Of a stretch of 64,000 nt of DNA, positions 19,447 to 29,065 are shown in pieces. Each line of letters opens with the position of its first letter. Position 1 is the first letter of the stretch. The notes under the pieces are model-generated. The model did not search any database, was not told where the DNA came from, and was given only the letters and a program-made list of their open reading frames with translations. Origin of the DNA: Bacteroidia bacterium (lineage in GTDB: Bacteria > Bacteroidota > Bacteroidia > NS11-12g > UBA9320); contig JAGVMN010000005.1 of the NCBI GenBank assembly GCA_020053795.1, positions 18,907-82,906 on the forward strand. The letters are read 5' to 3'. The position numbers were made by a program, and so were the translations under genes.

Positions 19447-20523
19447 CTAACTATTCTTGCTGTAAACTCTTACCTGGAAAACAAATTTTTCGAGCGTGTT
19501 TACCTGATTGTTTCTTGAAATTTTTCGGATTGACTCAATCCTATGAGGAACCAAAATCTTCTGATCTGTTGTTTCCTCGGCCATTTCAATGGTTTTAAGC
19601 ACGTATGCCGAGCGAATGGCAAAGGCCACCCCTTCTCTTTCATTTTGCTTTCCGCTAACCACCCCAATGAGATTTGCTTCTGAATCGAACAAAGGACCGC
19701 CACTGTTTCCGGGGTTCAGTGGCATGGAGATTTGATAAGAAATGCTGTCACCCATAAAACCCAGTCTGGAACTTAAGTAACCCTCTCCATAAACGATGTC
19801 TTCTTTTGGGTAGCCCAAAGTGAAAAGCTTTTCGCCAAGTGAACAATCGTTTTTTGAAATAGTATAAGGTAGAAATTGATCTTTATGAAAAGCAGTATCT
19901 AAGATTTTAAGAATGGCTAAATCGAATTCCCTGCTGGCAATTACGATTTCTACTTTGAAAACCTCACCCAAATAGTTGGACACAAACACCGAATCAGCCG
20001 AAGAAACCACATGATAGTTGGTTATCAAATAACCATTATTAGAAATCAAAAAGCCGGTTCCGCTGAAATTTTCCGTAATGGCCTGTCTCACTTTGTTGTT
20101 ATAATCGCTCACCAGAACATTCTGATAGGTTTTCAACTGATCCACCTCTCTTTTTAGGGCGTTGTATTTGCTCGTAACCTTGTTCTGTGACAGGTAATTG
20201 GCAGTAAACAAAGTAGTAAAAACACTGATAAAAATGACCGAAGCGGCCACTGCAGTCCATTTATACATTCTGACGAGTTTGTAGGTGGGCTGGATAGCCC
20301 CATCATGTTGACCTACTCCTATTATTTCCTGAAAAGTTTGTTTGAAAAGCTTTCTGACACCAATCTTCTTAAGGTCTGATATCATTTGTCTGTGCTGATT
20401 GAATTCTTCCTTTAAATCAGCGTTATCTTCTAAGTTAGCTTCAAACTCCATTCTCTCTTCTCGAGACAAATCACCTTGCAAATATTGATCTGCCCATTCC
20501 TCAAAACTCTTTTTACGCGTCAT
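19447..20523 (-). CDS. Anti-sigma-like N-terminal domain, one TM helix, and a periplasmic trypsin-like (S1C) serine protease domain
   Basis: The N-terminal about 60 aa are helical, as in ECF anti-sigma factors. TM WTAVAASVIFISVFTTLF. Protease triad context TNYHVV / DLAILK / GNSGGPLF. The start lies 1 nt after the sigma gene stop. Confidence 0.7.
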   Translation of the reverse strand: MTRKKSFEEWADQYLQGDLSREERMEFEANLEDNADLKEEFNQHRQMISDLKKIGVRKLFKQTFQEIIGVGQHDGAIQPTYKLVRMYKWTAVAASVIFISVFTTLFTANYLSQNKVTSKYNALKREVDQLKTYQNVLVSDYNNKVRQAITENFSGTGFLISNNGYLITNYHVVSSADSVFVSNYLGEVFKVEIVIASREFDLAILKILDTAFHKDQFLPYTISKNDCSLGEKLFTLGYPKEDIVYGEGYLSSRLGFMGDSISYQISMPLNPGNSGGPLFDSEANLIGVVSGKQNEREGVAFAIRSAYVLKTIEMAEETTDQKILVPHRIESIRKISRNNQVNTLEKFVFQVRVYSKNS

Positions 20524-20524
20524 T

Positions 20525-21085
20525 TTACTCCTTTTTAAAAAACATTTTTCTCAAACGTTGCAGGCATTTATATTTTTGATTCTTGGCGTTTTCGGGATTA
20601 GTGTAGGAAAACTTGTCGGCCAATTCCTGCATATTCAAACCATTTATGTAAAAATCCTGCAACAAACTCTTACATGGTTCCCCTAATTGATCTATTGATT
20701 TCCCCAATTTCTCAAAACGCCGTTCTTCCTCTTCATAAACCAATATTTCTTTTTCAACATCCGGAAAATCTGATGTTTCGGGCATCACTTTCATTTGCTT
20801 TCCTTTTTGTTTCAGTCGTTTGAGCCACAAACGCCAGCTAACAGAATAAATGTAAGTACTGACCGAACTCTTCAGTTCAAAATTTCCTGTGTTAACGTTT
20901 TCAAATAACACTACTACCGCATCCTGAAAAAGGTCGTCAGCTTCGTCTTTGTTTCCGCTGTTTTTCACCACCATTTTCAAGACTAAAGGGAAACAACTGT
21001 CATATACATACTGTAAGGCTTTTTTGTCCTTTAGCAATATTCCTTCGACTATTTCCCGGTCTTTTAGTAGTTCCCTTTTTATCAC
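20525..21085 (-). CDS. ECF-type RNA polymerase sigma-70 factor
   Basis: 186 aa. Region 2 (DDLFQDAVVVLFEN) and region 4 (LNMQELADKFSYTNPENAKNQKYKCLQRLR). GTG start. Confidence 0.85.
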   Translation of the reverse strand: MIKRELLKDREIVEGILLKDKKALQYVYDSCFPLVLKMVVKNSGNKDEADDLFQDAVVVLFENVNTGNFELKSSVSTYIYSVSWRLWLKRLKQKGKQMKVMPETSDFPDVEKEILVYEEEERRFEKLGKSIDQLGEPCKSLLQDFYINGLNMQELADKFSYTNPENAKNQKYKCLQRLRKMFFKKE

Positions 21086-21212
21086 AGGGCAATTATTAAT
21101 ACTTTTATGGGCAATAAGTAACCCGTTAAAAAAAATATTTTTACAAATGGGTTACCTTTTTTCATTCTGAGTATATACTTTCGAATTTTAGACAATTATA
21201 ATAAACAAGAAA

Positions 21213-21410
21213 ATGAAAAACACATTAAAAATTGCAATTTTGGCTTTTGGGGTTGCTGTAATGGCTGCCGCATGTAAAGGGGGTGCAGAAGGTGAAGGAT
21301 CTTCTACCGCAACTTCTACCGCAACAACAGCTCCGGTTGTTGAAGAAACTCCAGCTCCGGTTGATACTGCAGCTGCTCCTCATGCTGAGCATGCCGATTC
21401 AGCTATGTAA
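21213..21410 (+). CDS. Small lipoprotein with a low-complexity T/A/P-rich tail
   Basis: Lipobox AVMAAAC, then GEGSSTATSTATTAPVVEETPAPVDTAAAPHAEHADSAM. A strong terminator follows. Confidence 0.5.
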   Translation: MKNTLKIAILAFGVAVMAAACKGGAEGEGSSTATSTATTAPVVEETPAPVDTAAAPHAEHADSAM

Positions 21411-21427
21411 TCAAAAAGATTATCAAG

Positions 21428-21466
21428 AAAAGCCGCTTGTCTTTTGACGAGCGGCTTTTTTGTTTT
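21428..21466 (+). terminator. Rho-independent terminator
   Basis: Stem agccgcttgtc (21431-21441) / gacgagcggct (21446-21456), 4-nt loop, then the T-tract ttttttgtttt. Confidence 0.85.
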
Positions 21467-21659
21467 GTGTCAATTTGAAATGATCAGATTTGTCTGATGT
21501 TCGATTGCAGTATAATATTTTAAATTGATAAGGGTGTTTCATACAAAGGGTACATCTGCCTTTCCTTTGTTGAAAACTTAAAACCCGGGATAAAATAGAA
21601 CGAACGGTAATGCTGTTATTTTGAAATGGTCTAATAAGTAGAGGCTTAAAATCACCGGT

Positions 21660-22988
21660 ATGAAACAGCAAAAGAAAATATTTGTCCTTGACACTTCTGT
21701 CATTTTGTTTGATCATCAGGCGGTTATGAATTTTGAGGAACACAATATTGCCATTCCCATTCAGGTTTTGGAAGAACTGGACACCTTCAAAAAGGGAAAT
21801 GACACAATGAATTTCGAAGCCAGGAGCTTTATCCGCTTTTTGAACGAGATTGTTCAGGAGCATTTGGTAAGTGACTGGGTGCCACTGAATGGGAAAACCA
21901 AGGGCAAAATTAAGGTAGTACTCGACAGCAGTGGCAGCAAGGCGTATGATGCCGAAAAGATTTTTGACGACCATAAAAACGATCATAAGATCATCAATGC
22001 GGCCTTAGTTCTGAAAAATGAAAATCCGGCTGCAAAAGTTATTTTGGTTTCAAAAGATATTTGCCTGCGGCTGAAGGCCAAATCGCTTGATATTTTTGCG
22101 GAAGACTATGAGACAGGAAAGATAAAGGACCTTGAAAGCCTCAACACCAGTATGACGAATCTTGAAGTGCGTTCGAGCCTGATTGATGAATTATTCGAAA
22201 AGGGGATTCTGGCTATAAGCAAGCTGCGTATAAAGGAGTCCATAGCCAATCACTACTACATCCTGAAACACGGAAAGAAATCTATCCTTAGTTACTACAA
22301 CCCGGAAACTGCTTATTTGGAAAGGGTAGAAAAAAGAGGGGTGAATAACATTAAGCCCCGCAATGCAGAGCAGACTTTTGCCATTCACGCTTTGTTAAAT
22401 CCCAATATTAAACTTATTACTTTAAGGGGGATTGCCGGAACAGGGAAAACGCTTCTGGCCCTCGCAAGTGCCTTGGAACAACGCCGAAACTACCAACAGA
22501 TATATGTGACCCGCCCCATTGTTCCGCTTGGCAACAAGGACATCGGGTTTTTGCCAGGTGACATCAAATCGAAAGTAGATCCTTACATGCAGCCTATTTG
22601 GGACAATCTCAAATACATCAAGAGTCTTTACGATTCGAAAGATTCTGAATATAAGAGAATTGATGAAATGGTGGATAATGAGAAAATTGCCATTGCACCT
22701 TTGGCTTATATCAGGGGGAGAACATTATCTAATGTATTCTTCATTGTTGATGAAGCCCAGAATTTAACACCGCTTGAAGTGAAGACCATTGTCTCAAGAG
22801 CCGGTGAGAACACAAAGATTGTTTTTACGGGCGATATTTATCAGATAGACACACCCTATCTGGACTCGGAAAGTAATGGACTCTCTTACATAATTGACCG
22901 GGTGAAAAACCACAATCTCTTTGCCCATGTGACTTTAGTGAAAGGAGAAAGAAGTGAATTGGCCAATCTGGCGAATGACCTGCTTTAG
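21660..22988 (+). CDS. PhoH-family ATPase with an N-terminal PIN domain (YlaK-like)
   Basis: PIN start FVLDTSVIL. PhoH P-loop GIAGTGKTLLALA and Walker B FFIVDEAQNL. Confidence 0.85.
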   Translation: MKQQKKIFVLDTSVILFDHQAVMNFEEHNIAIPIQVLEELDTFKKGNDTMNFEARSFIRFLNEIVQEHLVSDWVPLNGKTKGKIKVVLDSSGSKAYDAEKIFDDHKNDHKIINAALVLKNENPAAKVILVSKDICLRLKAKSLDIFAEDYETGKIKDLESLNTSMTNLEVRSSLIDELFEKGILAISKLRIKESIANHYYILKHGKKSILSYYNPETAYLERVEKRGVNNIKPRNAEQTFAIHALLNPNIKLITLRGIAGTGKTLLALASALEQRRNYQQIYVTRPIVPLGNKDIGFLPGDIKSKVDPYMQPIWDNLKYIKSLYDSKDSEYKRIDEMVDNEKIAIAPLAYIRGRTLSNVFFIVDEAQNLTPLEVKTIVSRAGENTKIVFTGDIYQIDTPYLDSESNGLSYIIDRVKNHNLFAHVTLVKGERSELANLANDLL

Positions 22989-23179
22989 TTTTTGTCCTTC
23001 ATCTTTTGAATTCTGAGTCGCTGCCATCTTCTGAGAAAATACATGAACACAGCCACCAGAAAAACGATTCCGAAGATTTGGGTAGTGTGATTAAATCCGG
23101 TAGCGGTATAAGAAATATATCCTTCAACTGCAGACACTGCCGCCACAACCATCCACACAATTTCAATAAATCTTCTCAT
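22985..23179 (-). CDS. Small two-TM membrane protein (hypothetical)
   Basis: 64 aa with two hydrophobic helices. Sits directly downstream of lptC on the same strand. Confidence 0.4.
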   Translation of the reverse strand: MRRFIEIVWMVVAAVSAVEGYISYTATGFNHTTQIFGIVFLVAVFMYFLRRWQRLRIQKMKDKN

Positions 23180-23180
23180 A

Positions 23181-23756
23181 TCAATCCGTGCTTTTAATAT
23201 TGACCCTTCCCGTTGGTTTTAAAATCTTATACCTGGTGAAAGACTCATTCGATTCAAATCCGTCACCATAAATTATTTCATTCTTTCGGGTAATAGTTAC
23301 AAATTTATCGGAATAAATCTTGAATGTATTCTGATCCCATTGTAATTCTTCGCTTTCCAGTTGCTCGCCCTCTACATTCACGAGAACCACATTTTTTTTA
23401 AGAGTAATAATTTTTGAGTTCTCGTAGCTGATACCGTAATCAGCTCTGATATTGCTTTCCTCATTTTGGGCTTTATTAAAAAATTTTGCTGTGAGTCCTT
23501 TTTTCATCTCCATATAGGGGTTGTCTTTATTTTTGAATCGCTCCATCAGGGGGGTATTGATTTTTGCTTTCAGAAGGGCCGAATCAGTATAGATGAGCTC
23601 GACATCTTTGGCCGTCTCAAGACTCATTTCAATTTCGGCATCTACCAACTTTTTTATTTCGTCGGCATTGTGTTTACAAGAGAAAACCAACGTAGCATGA
23701 AATGCCACCGCAATTAGCAGGAGCATAGAGGGAGATTTCGAAGCCCGATGGCCCAT
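23181..23756 (-). CDS. lptC: LPS export periplasmic protein LptC (putative lipoprotein form)
   Basis: About 190 aa with lipobox LVFSC and an OstA-like beta-jellyroll pattern. Conserved position downstream of coaX/TPR genes in Bacteroidota. Confidence 0.65.
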   Translation of the reverse strand: MGHRASKSPSMLLLIAVAFHATLVFSCKHNADEIKKLVDAEIEMSLETAKDVELIYTDSALLKAKINTPLMERFKNKDNPYMEMKKGLTAKFFNKAQNEESNIRADYGISYENSKIITLKKNVVLVNVEGEQLESEELQWDQNTFKIYSDKFVTITRKNEIIYGDGFESNESFTRYKILKPTGRVNIKSTD

Positions 23757-23758
23757 GT

Positions 23759-25105
23759 TTATTTCTTCGCCCGAACGGTTGTTGGTTCATTAATCCAACA
23801 TCCCACGGTATAAGGGTCACCGTCTTTCAAATTCAAAAAGAAAAGAATTTCCTGACCGGGGAAGTAAGCACTGTACTTCACAATTCTTTGATTAGCCGCG
23901 TCCTCAACACCCGGGTCAACTTGTTTGGCTTTGTAGTATTTGTCAACAGCGGCCCAAAAAACCTGCTGGCCTTTTAAATTCTCGTCGGGACATGCAGTCT
24001 GACTGGCGGCATAAGCATCCCCTATGAGAAGTAAAGCTTTTCCCATATTCGGGTTAATGGCCAATGCTTGTTTTGCCTGGACCCTGGCATTTGAGAATTG
24101 ATTTTTGTTATAACTTATTTTAGCCATGCTATAGTAGGCATCGGCATTACGATTATTGCTGTCCATCTTTCCGGCTGCCATGTCGTAGTAAGAATAAGCC
24201 TTATCCAACTTATTGCGGGACCTGAAAGCTTCAGCCAATGCATAGGCTGCGTCTGCACTCGGTTCAATGTTATTGATACGCTCAGATACCTCGAGATAAA
24301 AATCCTTTTCAGTACATTTTGTAATTTCAAGATAGAAACGAACTTTTTTCAGTAAAGCAATATCGCCGGGTTTGGACAGAATTTCTTTTTTATTGAATTC
24401 CTCAATTTTGCCACAGTCAAGTATGCTAAAAAATAACTTGTTTACGCCTTCCTCGGTTTCTTTCCATTCCTTCTGTTTCTTTCCATCTGCCTGCAAATTG
24501 AACTGAATGATCGAATCCAGTTGCTCATAAATCATCATCAGCGAATCGAAGGAAAGTTTTTGCTTTTCAAATTGTTTTTTGGCAGCGTCCATATAGTTAA
24601 CTGGAACGCCATCTTCGGTTTTATTTCCTTGCAACGCAATGCTTTCTGCAAAAAGCTTTAATGCTTCAGTTCTTTGTGCAGGCCTCATTCTTGCCAGATC
24701 ATTGGCCCATTTTCCTTTAACCAATCCTTCGTCGCCGAATAATGTAATTCTCAATTTATGGCAAAGTATTATGGTATCTATTAAACCATTAATACGAATC
24801 TCCTTTTGTTTTAATGGAGTAAGGCTATCAGATTTGTATTTTGCGATTTGCAATCTGAGCAGGAATGGCCCGTTAAAGGTTATGAGTTTTTGAACACAGG
24901 GTGCATTATTAAACAAATAATACCAGTAGGGAAATGCCGCATCAAAATCTTTTGCCTGCCAGTATTGATTGAATAAGGTCAGATTCCGAACTGTGGTGGC
25001 ACTGTCGGCCCCATATTTATTATCGCAAGGACCTTGAGCATTCACCCCAAGAGTAACACCTGCAAAAACTGTGATAAGAATCCCAATTTTTATTATACTT
25101 TTCAT
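23759..25105 (-). CDS. TPR-repeat protein
   Basis: Signal peptide from the internal Met at 25105 (MKSIIKIGILITVFAGVTLGVNAQ). C-terminal TPR-like repeats (AYSYYDMAAGK..., AYYSMAKISYNKNQFSNARVQAKQALAINP). Confidence 0.65.
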   Translation of the reverse strand: MKSIIKIGILITVFAGVTLGVNAQGPCDNKYGADSATTVRNLTLFNQYWQAKDFDAAFPYWYYLFNNAPCVQKLITFNGPFLLRLQIAKYKSDSLTPLKQKEIRINGLIDTIILCHKLRITLFGDEGLVKGKWANDLARMRPAQRTEALKLFAESIALQGNKTEDGVPVNYMDAAKKQFEKQKLSFDSLMMIYEQLDSIIQFNLQADGKKQKEWKETEEGVNKLFFSILDCGKIEEFNKKEILSKPGDIALLKKVRFYLEITKCTEKDFYLEVSERINNIEPSADAAYALAEAFRSRNKLDKAYSYYDMAAGKMDSNNRNADAYYSMAKISYNKNQFSNARVQAKQALAINPNMGKALLLIGDAYAASQTACPDENLKGQQVFWAAVDKYYKAKQVDPGVEDAANQRIVKYSAYFPGQEILFFLNLKDGDPYTVGCWINEPTTVRAKK

Positions 25106-25107
25106 GG

Positions 25108-26445
25108 CTATTGATATTTTCTTTTTATGAACCATTTATCGCTAAAGTTAAATGCAAGGTAAATGCGGAGATAATCCTCCTGTATCAAACCGTTTTTGGT
25201 TGTTCCTCTTTTAGCATAATCCGCACCTATATTTATTCTGGAAACAAGGGTCATTTGATCTCCGCCCGGTAGCTTAATTTGCCTGACGTATGGAAGCTGC
25301 ATGCCAAATGTTATGCCAAATTCTGTCACCTGAGTGCCTTTAATCATCAGATGGGTGTTTTCATAATAGGCTCCGGCGGTATAGCGGGTGTATCTGAAAT
25401 AGTTTTTAAAATGATCCCGCTTGCTTGATGATTTCTCAAAAAGGGCATCCGGCTGGTAATACAATCCGGCTGAATAACGCGACAGTTGAGTCAGGCCAGG
25501 GTTTTCACCGAATGCGGAGTATTTTGCCCAGTCCTGAGTGAAATAATCGAGACTGAACATGAGTTGTTCAGGTTTACCAATGCTGTAGCCAATGCCGTAA
25601 GACATGGGCAATTCAATGTTGCCGGCCTTGTCTTTGTCATTGACAATCGTGTCAATATAAACGCCATTCATATTGAAAGTTCTGATAATTTGTCTTCGCC
25701 GTGCGTTAAGACTATTGCCTAATTGTGCTGTTATTCCGAGAGTGTGTTCAAAGCCTTTTCGCAAATTTTCTGTATATTGAAGCCCAAAATCAATCTGGAC
25801 CCCTTTGGCGTAAGTACTGCTTTCGTCTGAATAACTGAACTTATCAATTTGATTGGGGTAAATTCTAAACTTGGTCTCAGCGAGGTTACCAAAAAGAAAA
25901 TTGAAATTGGTACCAACCGCGATATGTTTATTGATGAGCATACCAAACCCTGCAAAGACCTTATTAATGCCTCCTGAACCACCGAAATCATTCACATATT
26001 TAACAGAATCGAAGATGCCTGTGCTTGTGATGTTGTATCCCTTGCTGCTGTGAGGCATGATTCCCAATGAAAACGCGATTCCCTTTTTTTCGGATAATGG
26101 AATGCCGAGTGAAAAATAACTAAAGGTCGAATTGTTGAAAGAAGTTTCTGTTTTTGCCGAATCTCCGGTAGTAAATTTACCCAAATCCATTCTGGCACCC
26201 AATTGAAATGATGTTCTTTTCAGGAAAGCCAATGACGCCGGATTGATGTAGGTGAAACTGTTTTCCTGTTTAAACGACCTGTCTGTTCTGCCTGTCAGTG
26301 CATTTTGTACAAACCCTCCATATACCAAATCCCCAATTCCATAAATAGAATATGGCGATTTTGTAGCGTTTTGTGCCTGAGATATCATTCCGGCAAAAAC
26401 AATACAAAGAAAAAGGGGTATTCGCCTCAGAGGCTTATTTGTCAT
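25108..26445 (-). CDS. Outer-membrane beta-barrel protein (putative; conserved between coaX and lptC)
   Basis: Signal peptide ...FAGMISQAQ, abundant alternating aromatic/glycine strands, C-terminal ...WFIKRKYQ. Confidence 0.5.
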   Translation of the reverse strand: MTNKPLRRIPLFLCIVFAGMISQAQNATKSPYSIYGIGDLVYGGFVQNALTGRTDRSFKQENSFTYINPASLAFLKRTSFQLGARMDLGKFTTGDSAKTETSFNNSTFSYFSLGIPLSEKKGIAFSLGIMPHSSKGYNITSTGIFDSVKYVNDFGGSGGINKVFAGFGMLINKHIAVGTNFNFLFGNLAETKFRIYPNQIDKFSYSDESSTYAKGVQIDFGLQYTENLRKGFEHTLGITAQLGNSLNARRRQIIRTFNMNGVYIDTIVNDKDKAGNIELPMSYGIGYSIGKPEQLMFSLDYFTQDWAKYSAFGENPGLTQLSRYSAGLYYQPDALFEKSSSKRDHFKNYFRYTRYTAGAYYENTHLMIKGTQVTEFGITFGMQLPYVRQIKLPGGDQMTLVSRINIGADYAKRGTTKNGLIQEDYLRIYLAFNFSDKWFIKRKYQ

Positions 26446-27151
26446 TATACTTGAGAATTTGGTGCAAACCGAGTAATACTAAATTTGGGGCCGCGAATAT
26501 CTCATTTTTTAAACGATTGGCAAAATGAGTAGTATCACCCCCACAAAGAACGACTTGTAAATTGCTATATTGCTCTTGGTACGCCGCAATGAATCCGTTG
26601 ATTTCGAAAATAATTCCGTTTTGAACACCGCTTAAAATGGAGGACTCTGTTGAGTTTCCCGTAAGATGAGGAAACTCTTTATGCTCAATTTCCGGAAGCG
26701 AGCCCGTGTTTTGATGAAGGGATCTGTAACGCATCTTCAGCCCCGGACTGATGCTTCCTCCAATAAAGTCCCCGTCACGATTGAGAATGTCATAAGTGAT
26801 GCAGGTTCCGCAATCAATGATCATAACATTTTTTGTTGGAAACAGGTGAAATGCACCTACCGCCGAGGCAAGCCTGTCCAATCCCAATGTCACAGGCGTG
26901 GCGTATTTGTTCACGATTGGAATATTTGTATTGTGGTCGAAATTCAAACATCTAATGTTTGACCAACGGTGAGGAAAACTGAACGAATGACCCTTAACGG
27001 AACTCATTATAACGGACGAAGGATTAAGATTCTTGATCACTTGCCATTTTGCCTTATTTTCAAAATCGAAAAAATACAATTGTTGCACTTCATCGTTGAG
27101 AAAAGTGGCAGCTTTCACCCTTGTATTGCCAATGTCAATAGTTAATTCCAA
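26435..27151 (-). CDS. coaX: Type III pantothenate kinase
   Basis: MELTIDIGNTRVKAATF start, plus IIDCGTCITYD and GGSISPG motifs. Confidence 0.9.
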   Translation of the reverse strand: MELTIDIGNTRVKAATFLNDEVQQLYFFDFENKAKWQVIKNLNPSSVIMSSVKGHSFSFPHRWSNIRCLNFDHNTNIPIVNKYATPVTLGLDRLASAVGAFHLFPTKNVMIIDCGTCITYDILNRDGDFIGGSISPGLKMRYRSLHQNTGSLPEIEHKEFPHLTGNSTESSILSGVQNGIIFEINGFIAAYQEQYSNLQVVLCGGDTTHFANRLKNEIFAAPNLVLLGLHQILKYNDK

Positions 27152-27911
27152 GATACTTAAGTTTTATTTCGTTGAAATGATAACGGATAGGCTCTCCGGA
27201 AGTTACGATTTCCAAAGTTCCGTTGGCCAATACACTTTGTAAAACACCTTTCCTGATTTCATTTCCATAACTGAAGACAACATTTTGTCCCTTTGCATAC
27301 AGATGCCTGTTGTATTCGAAAATCAGTTCTTCAAATCTGCCAGCCTTCAACCTCAGGTATTGCTTTTCCAAATGCTCAGAAAGCAGGTTCAATACATGCG
27401 AAAGGGGTGTATTCCTTCCGGTTTGATTATAGATTGATGTTGCGGTATGTTCAGTATCGAAATCCCTTTGATTCACATTAATTCCGATACCAGTGATGCT
27501 AGATTCAAGTGTATTTCCCCTGATATTGTTTTCAATCAGAATACCGGCGATTTTGCGGTCTTCTACCAATATATCGTTGGGCCACTTCACCCAAACACGG
27601 GAAGTCAGGATTTGGCTTAAGGCGTTTCTGACGGCTAAAGCTATGGCTATGTTGAATAAAGGTTGTTCCTTAACGGATAAGAATGATGGTCGGAAAATAT
27701 AGCTGCACAATACGTTTTTGCCCTTTTCGCTGTTCCAAATTCTCTGTAAACGGCCTTTCCCTTTAGTCTGAAATCCGGCACAGGCCATAAAACCTTCAGT
27801 CAAATTCTCAGACTTGACCTTTTCTGAAAGCCAGTGATTGGTAGAGGCTGTTTCATCTAAAAAAGCATGTTCCTTTCCAACGAAGAGCGTATCGGGGTTA
27901 TAGTTGTCCAA
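27135..27911 (-). CDS. birA: Biotin--[acetyl-CoA-carboxylase] ligase (group I, no HTH domain)
   Basis: GKGRLQRIWNSEKGKN biotin-binding motif and KWPNDILVEDRKIAGILIE. Apparent TTG start. Confidence 0.85.
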   Translation of the reverse strand: MDNYNPDTLFVGKEHAFLDETASTNHWLSEKVKSENLTEGFMACAGFQTKGKGRLQRIWNSEKGKNVLCSYIFRPSFLSVKEQPLFNIAIALAVRNALSQILTSRVWVKWPNDILVEDRKIAGILIENNIRGNTLESSITGIGINVNQRDFDTEHTATSIYNQTGRNTPLSHVLNLLSEHLEKQYLRLKAGRFEELIFEYNRHLYAKGQNVVFSYGNEIRKGVLQSVLANGTLEIVTSGEPIRYHFNEIKLKYLGINY

Positions 27912-27959
27912 AAGATTGACGTAATTTGCGTCAAAATTAAGATTTTATAAAGGTTCTGA

Positions 27960-28331
27960 ATGTCAAAAAAAGTCATTGCCAATGCACTACTTCTTGCAGA
28001 CACCGCTGTGTTTGGGATGCAAGAAAAAAAAGCCCACGAAATTGTTAAGATTGAACTCTCGAAATTAAACGCAGCTGTAGCTGATTATTTTGTAATTTGT
28101 CATGGCGACTCTAACACGCAGGTCGAGGCAATTGCCGATTCCGTTGAAGAAGAAATACGCAAGAAAACGGGCGAAAAACCTTATGGTCGGGAGGGACAAC
28201 GCAATGCTCAATGGATTTTACTGGACTACATCAATGTGGTGGTGCATGTTTTTCTTAAAGACAACCGCGACTTTTTTGGAATCGAAGATTTATGGGGGGA
28301 TGGGGTTATTACAACGTATGCCGATGAGTAA
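27960..28331 (+). CDS. rsfS: Ribosome silencing factor RsfS
   Basis: 123 aa; DYFVICHGDSNTQVEAIADSV...WILLDYINVVVHVF. Confidence 0.9.
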   Translation: MSKKVIANALLLADTAVFGMQEKKAHEIVKIELSKLNAAVADYFVICHGDSNTQVEAIADSVEEEIRKKTGEKPYGREGQRNAQWILLDYINVVVHVFLKDNRDFFGIEDLWGDGVITTYADE

Positions 28332-28453
28332 AAACGAATAATTGAATCTCATGCCGGATTGATTACCATGTTCATACAATAGTGGGACAAGGTTTCCTAA
28401 GATTAGGCATTCAAATTCCAGTTTTTAAGGTCTATATGAATCGGAAGCTTTTT

Positions 28454-29065
28454 TTACTTTATCGTTAACCCAAAAACTTTCTTCAATTCTTTGGCAGTGT
28501 ATAGTCCAATGCTAACCTTCAGTGGTATCTGCAGTAACGGTTCGTCTGTAGCATTGGTCTGCTCTTTTTCTATGGCTTCCAGCACCTCCTTTCCTTTCAG
28601 AATAATTCCAAATATGCTATAGTCACCATCGAGATTTGGAAGTCCCGCCTCTTTATTCACAATATAGAACTGACAGGCGTTGGATTGTTTTTGCGGGTTG
28701 TTGTCACGGCCCATGCCAAGGGCTCCATAAATGTGTTTAATACTGTCGGAAAATTCCCCGGGGATGAGAAAGGGTGAGTTTTCGAAATATTTCACCGAAT
28801 CAGGGCAGCCACCTTGTATCACAAAGTTTTTGACAACGCGGTTGAAGGTAAACTGATCGTAATGGCCGGCCTTGGCCAACTCTATGAATTTTGCTTTGTG
28901 TATCGGGGTTTCGTCATAGAGCCAAAAGTACATGGTACCCAATCTGGTGTTGACAATCCCGATGGGATAGGTCTTTGTTTCTGTCTGGCTCGCCTTCTGT
29001 TCATTGTTCTTTTTACAGCCCGAAGGCACAAAAAGTAATAAAAAGATGGAATAATATTTTTTCAT
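28454..29065 (-). CDS. Cyclophilin-type peptidyl-prolyl cis-trans isomerase (lipoprotein)
   Basis: Lipobox VPSGC; FNRVVKNFVIQGGCP; YSIFGIILKGKEVLEAIE. Confidence 0.85.
   Translation of the reverse strand: MKKYYSIFLLLFVPSGCKKNNEQKASQTETKTYPIGIVNTRLGTMYFWLYDETPIHKAKFIELAKAGHYDQFTFNRVVKNFVIQGGCPDSVKYFENSPFLIPGEFSDSIKHIYGALGMGRDNNPQKQSNACQFYIVNKEAGLPNLDGDYSIFGIILKGKEVLEAIEKEQTNATDEPLLQIPLKVSIGLYTAKELKKVFGLTIK

Noticed and set aside
21423-21986. 187-aa minus-strand ORF
   Set aside because: It runs antisense through the start of the PIN-PhoH gene and across the 21428-21466 terminator. It has no recognisable motifs and is a shadow ORF.
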